Assembly (NCBI GenBank): GCA_963845755.1
Contig: CAWJTV010000015.1
Coordinates: 32,001 to 96,000 of the forward strand
Direction: 5' to 3'
Length of the DNA stretch: 64,000 bases
DNA from: an uncultured Planctomycetota bacterium
GTDB taxonomy: Bacteria; Planctomycetota; Planctomycetia; Isosphaerales; Isosphaeraceae
The stretch's first letter is position 1, and every line of letters starts with the position of its first letter. Positions 62,204 to 64,000 of this stretch are shown piece after piece. The translations under genes were made by a program, and so were the position numbers. The notes beneath the pieces were generated by a model, which was not told the origin of the DNA, made no database searches, and saw only the letters and a list, made by a program, of their open reading frames with translations.

Positions 62204-64000
62204 GTGACGATGATGACGACGATGTTGCGAAGATCCGCGACGGCCGCCTGGACGATCGCCGTGGTATGGTTCTCGATTCAGGGAGTTGCCGCGGCACCCG
62301 TCGAGGTTCCGGGTTTCGAAACGACCGAGGCGATGGTCCCGATGCGCGACGGAGTCAAGCTGCACACCCTGGTCTTCACGCCCAGGAACGCGCGAGGCGC
62401 CCTGCCGATCCTGTTCCTGCGAACTCCTTATGGCATCGACAACCGCACTTCGATGTTCCAGACGAGTCTCAAGGAACTGGCCGACGACGGCTATCTGTTC
62501 GCCTTCCAGGATATCCGGGGGAAGTTCCGGTCGGATGGGGAATTCGCCATGATCCGTGCCCCCCGCGACCCGGCCGACCCGAAGGCGATCGATGAGGGGA
62601 GCGACGCCTTCGACACGATCGACTGGCTGATCGGGAACGTCCGGGGTCACAACGGCCGCGTCGGTATGCTGGGCGTCTCATACGACGGTTGGCTGACCGT
62701 CATGGCCTTGCTCGATCCCCACCCCGCGCTCAAGGCGGCATCGCCCCAGGCATCGCCGGCCGATATGTACCTCGGAGACGACTTCCACCACAACGGAGCC
62801 TTCCGGTTCAGCTACGGGTTCGAGTACGTCGCCCGGATGGAGAGCGTCCGCGGCATGAAATTCTTCGAGTTCGATCGGCACGATACGTATGAGTGGTTCT
62901 TGAACCTGGGGCCGCTCTCCGCCGCCAATAGCCGATACTTCCACGAAAAACTGCCGACGTGGAACGACTTCGCCCACCACCCGAACTACGATTCCTTCTG
63001 GAAGAAACAGGCTGTGGCACGCTTTCTGACACGGCCGAAGGTGCCGACTCTCAACGTCGCAGGCTGGTGGGACCAGGAGGATTTCTACGGCCCGCTCAAG
63101 ATCTACGAGACCTGGGAGAAGCAGGACTCCGGTCGCCTGAGCACGGTGGTCGTCGGCCCCTGGAACCATGGCGGTTGGAGCAACGGGATCGGCGATCACC
63201 TCGGTCCGATCAAGTTCGGCGCACCCACGGCCTGGCAGTATCGCGAGAAGATCCAGGTCCCCTTCTTTGCGCACTACCTCAAGGATCGGCCGATCGTTCT
63301 CGACAAGGATCTCGCTGGTAAAAAGTCGGCGGAAAATGGCGATGGCGCCGCGCCGATGTTTTCCCCGAGGTGATCAGCTTCCGGACTGGGGACAATGCCT
63401 GGAAGTCGTACGACCAGTGGCCGCCCCGAGAGGCCTCGACGCGCCGGCTCTACCTCCGGGAAGGAGGCCGGCTGGCTTTCGAGGCTCCGCCAGACGCAGA
63501 GCTGAAATTCGATGAGTACGTCTCCGACCCCGCTCGGCCCGTGCCCTACTATCCCCGACCGATCTCGCCGCTGTATGCGAATCGCCAGTGGACTGAGTGG
63601 CTGGTGCAGGACCAGCGGTTCGTCCACCTTCGCCCCGACGTGCTCAGCTACGAGACCGAGCCGCTAGCGAACGACGTCGACGTCGTCGGCCCGGTCGTGG
63701 CGCAGCTCTTCGCGTTCGACCACCGGGACCGATGTCGACTGGATCGTCAAACTGATCGACGTCTATCCCGAAGACCGCAACGAGCCACTGGCCGGTTACC
63801 AGCTCATGATCGCAAACGAGGTCTTCCGCGCGCGGTTCCGCAAGAGCTTCGAGCAGCCCAAACCCCTTGTTTCCGGAGAGGTCGAGCATTATCCCATCGA
63901 CCTCCACTGGACCGATCACCGCTTCAAGAAGGGGCACAAGATCATGGTTCAAATTCAGAGTACCTGGTTCCCCTTGATCGATCGCAATCCTCAGAAGTTC
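62204..64000 (+). CDS. CocE/NonD (S15) family hydrolase, alpha-amino-acid-ester-hydrolase-like; 2 frameshifts; runs off the window
   Basis: Signal peptide, MVPMRDGVKLHT, RTPYG, QDIRG, GVSYDG nucleophile, GWWDQED, GPWNHG, YVSDPARPVP, DWIVKLIDVYP, VQIQSTWFPLIDRNPQ. Confidence 0.92.

Noticed and set aside
1..64000. CRISPR arrays, tRNA and rRNA genes
   Set aside because: No regularly spaced direct repeats, cloverleaf structures or rRNA-like sequence were seen by eye.

Overview
GC-rich bacterial DNA that looks planctomycete-like (Isosphaeraceae-like, inferred from DUF1592/DUF1552, DUF4058, zinc-ribbon-TM proteins, Hanks kinases and a GTAG-type REP). About 30 single-base frameshifts split many genes, including respiratory genes; these are most likely long-read consensus errors, so split ORFs are annotated as single genes. 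From left to right: a large secreted hypothetical protein, an internally deleted AAA-ATPase-like remnant, and a GH9 + clan GH-A (GH148/GH5-like) + TauD cluster. Next come a ClC/CBS pseudogene, a Tat-exported amidohydrolase with a degenerate partner, and two convergent spherulin-4/GH135 genes (one PEP-CTERM, one zinc-ribbon-TM). These are followed by a ~1 kb gap without a credible gene, holding a consensus sigma-54 promoter and inverted heptamer arrays, and then an atypical Ser/Thr kinase. The middle holds a tricorn-type S41 protease, two orphan HlyD adaptors, rsmD-cca-queC-queD, a DUF1592/DUF1552 pair with a REP hairpin and two eroded DUF4058 genes. Then come a complete alternative complex III + SCO + caa3 (type A2) oxidase operon and an intact IS3-family element inserted in the signal peptide of a transglutaminase-like gene. 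The right end carries DUF1080, an esterase-SMP-30 fusion, a KimA-like permease, and an acyl-CoA dehydrogenase/phosphotransferase/nucleotidyltransferase-like/CocE gene run. The best candidate for an undescribed system is the 11.8-17.5 kb GH135 pair + sigma-54 promoter + kinase module. All family calls come from motif recognition by eye, not from database searches.
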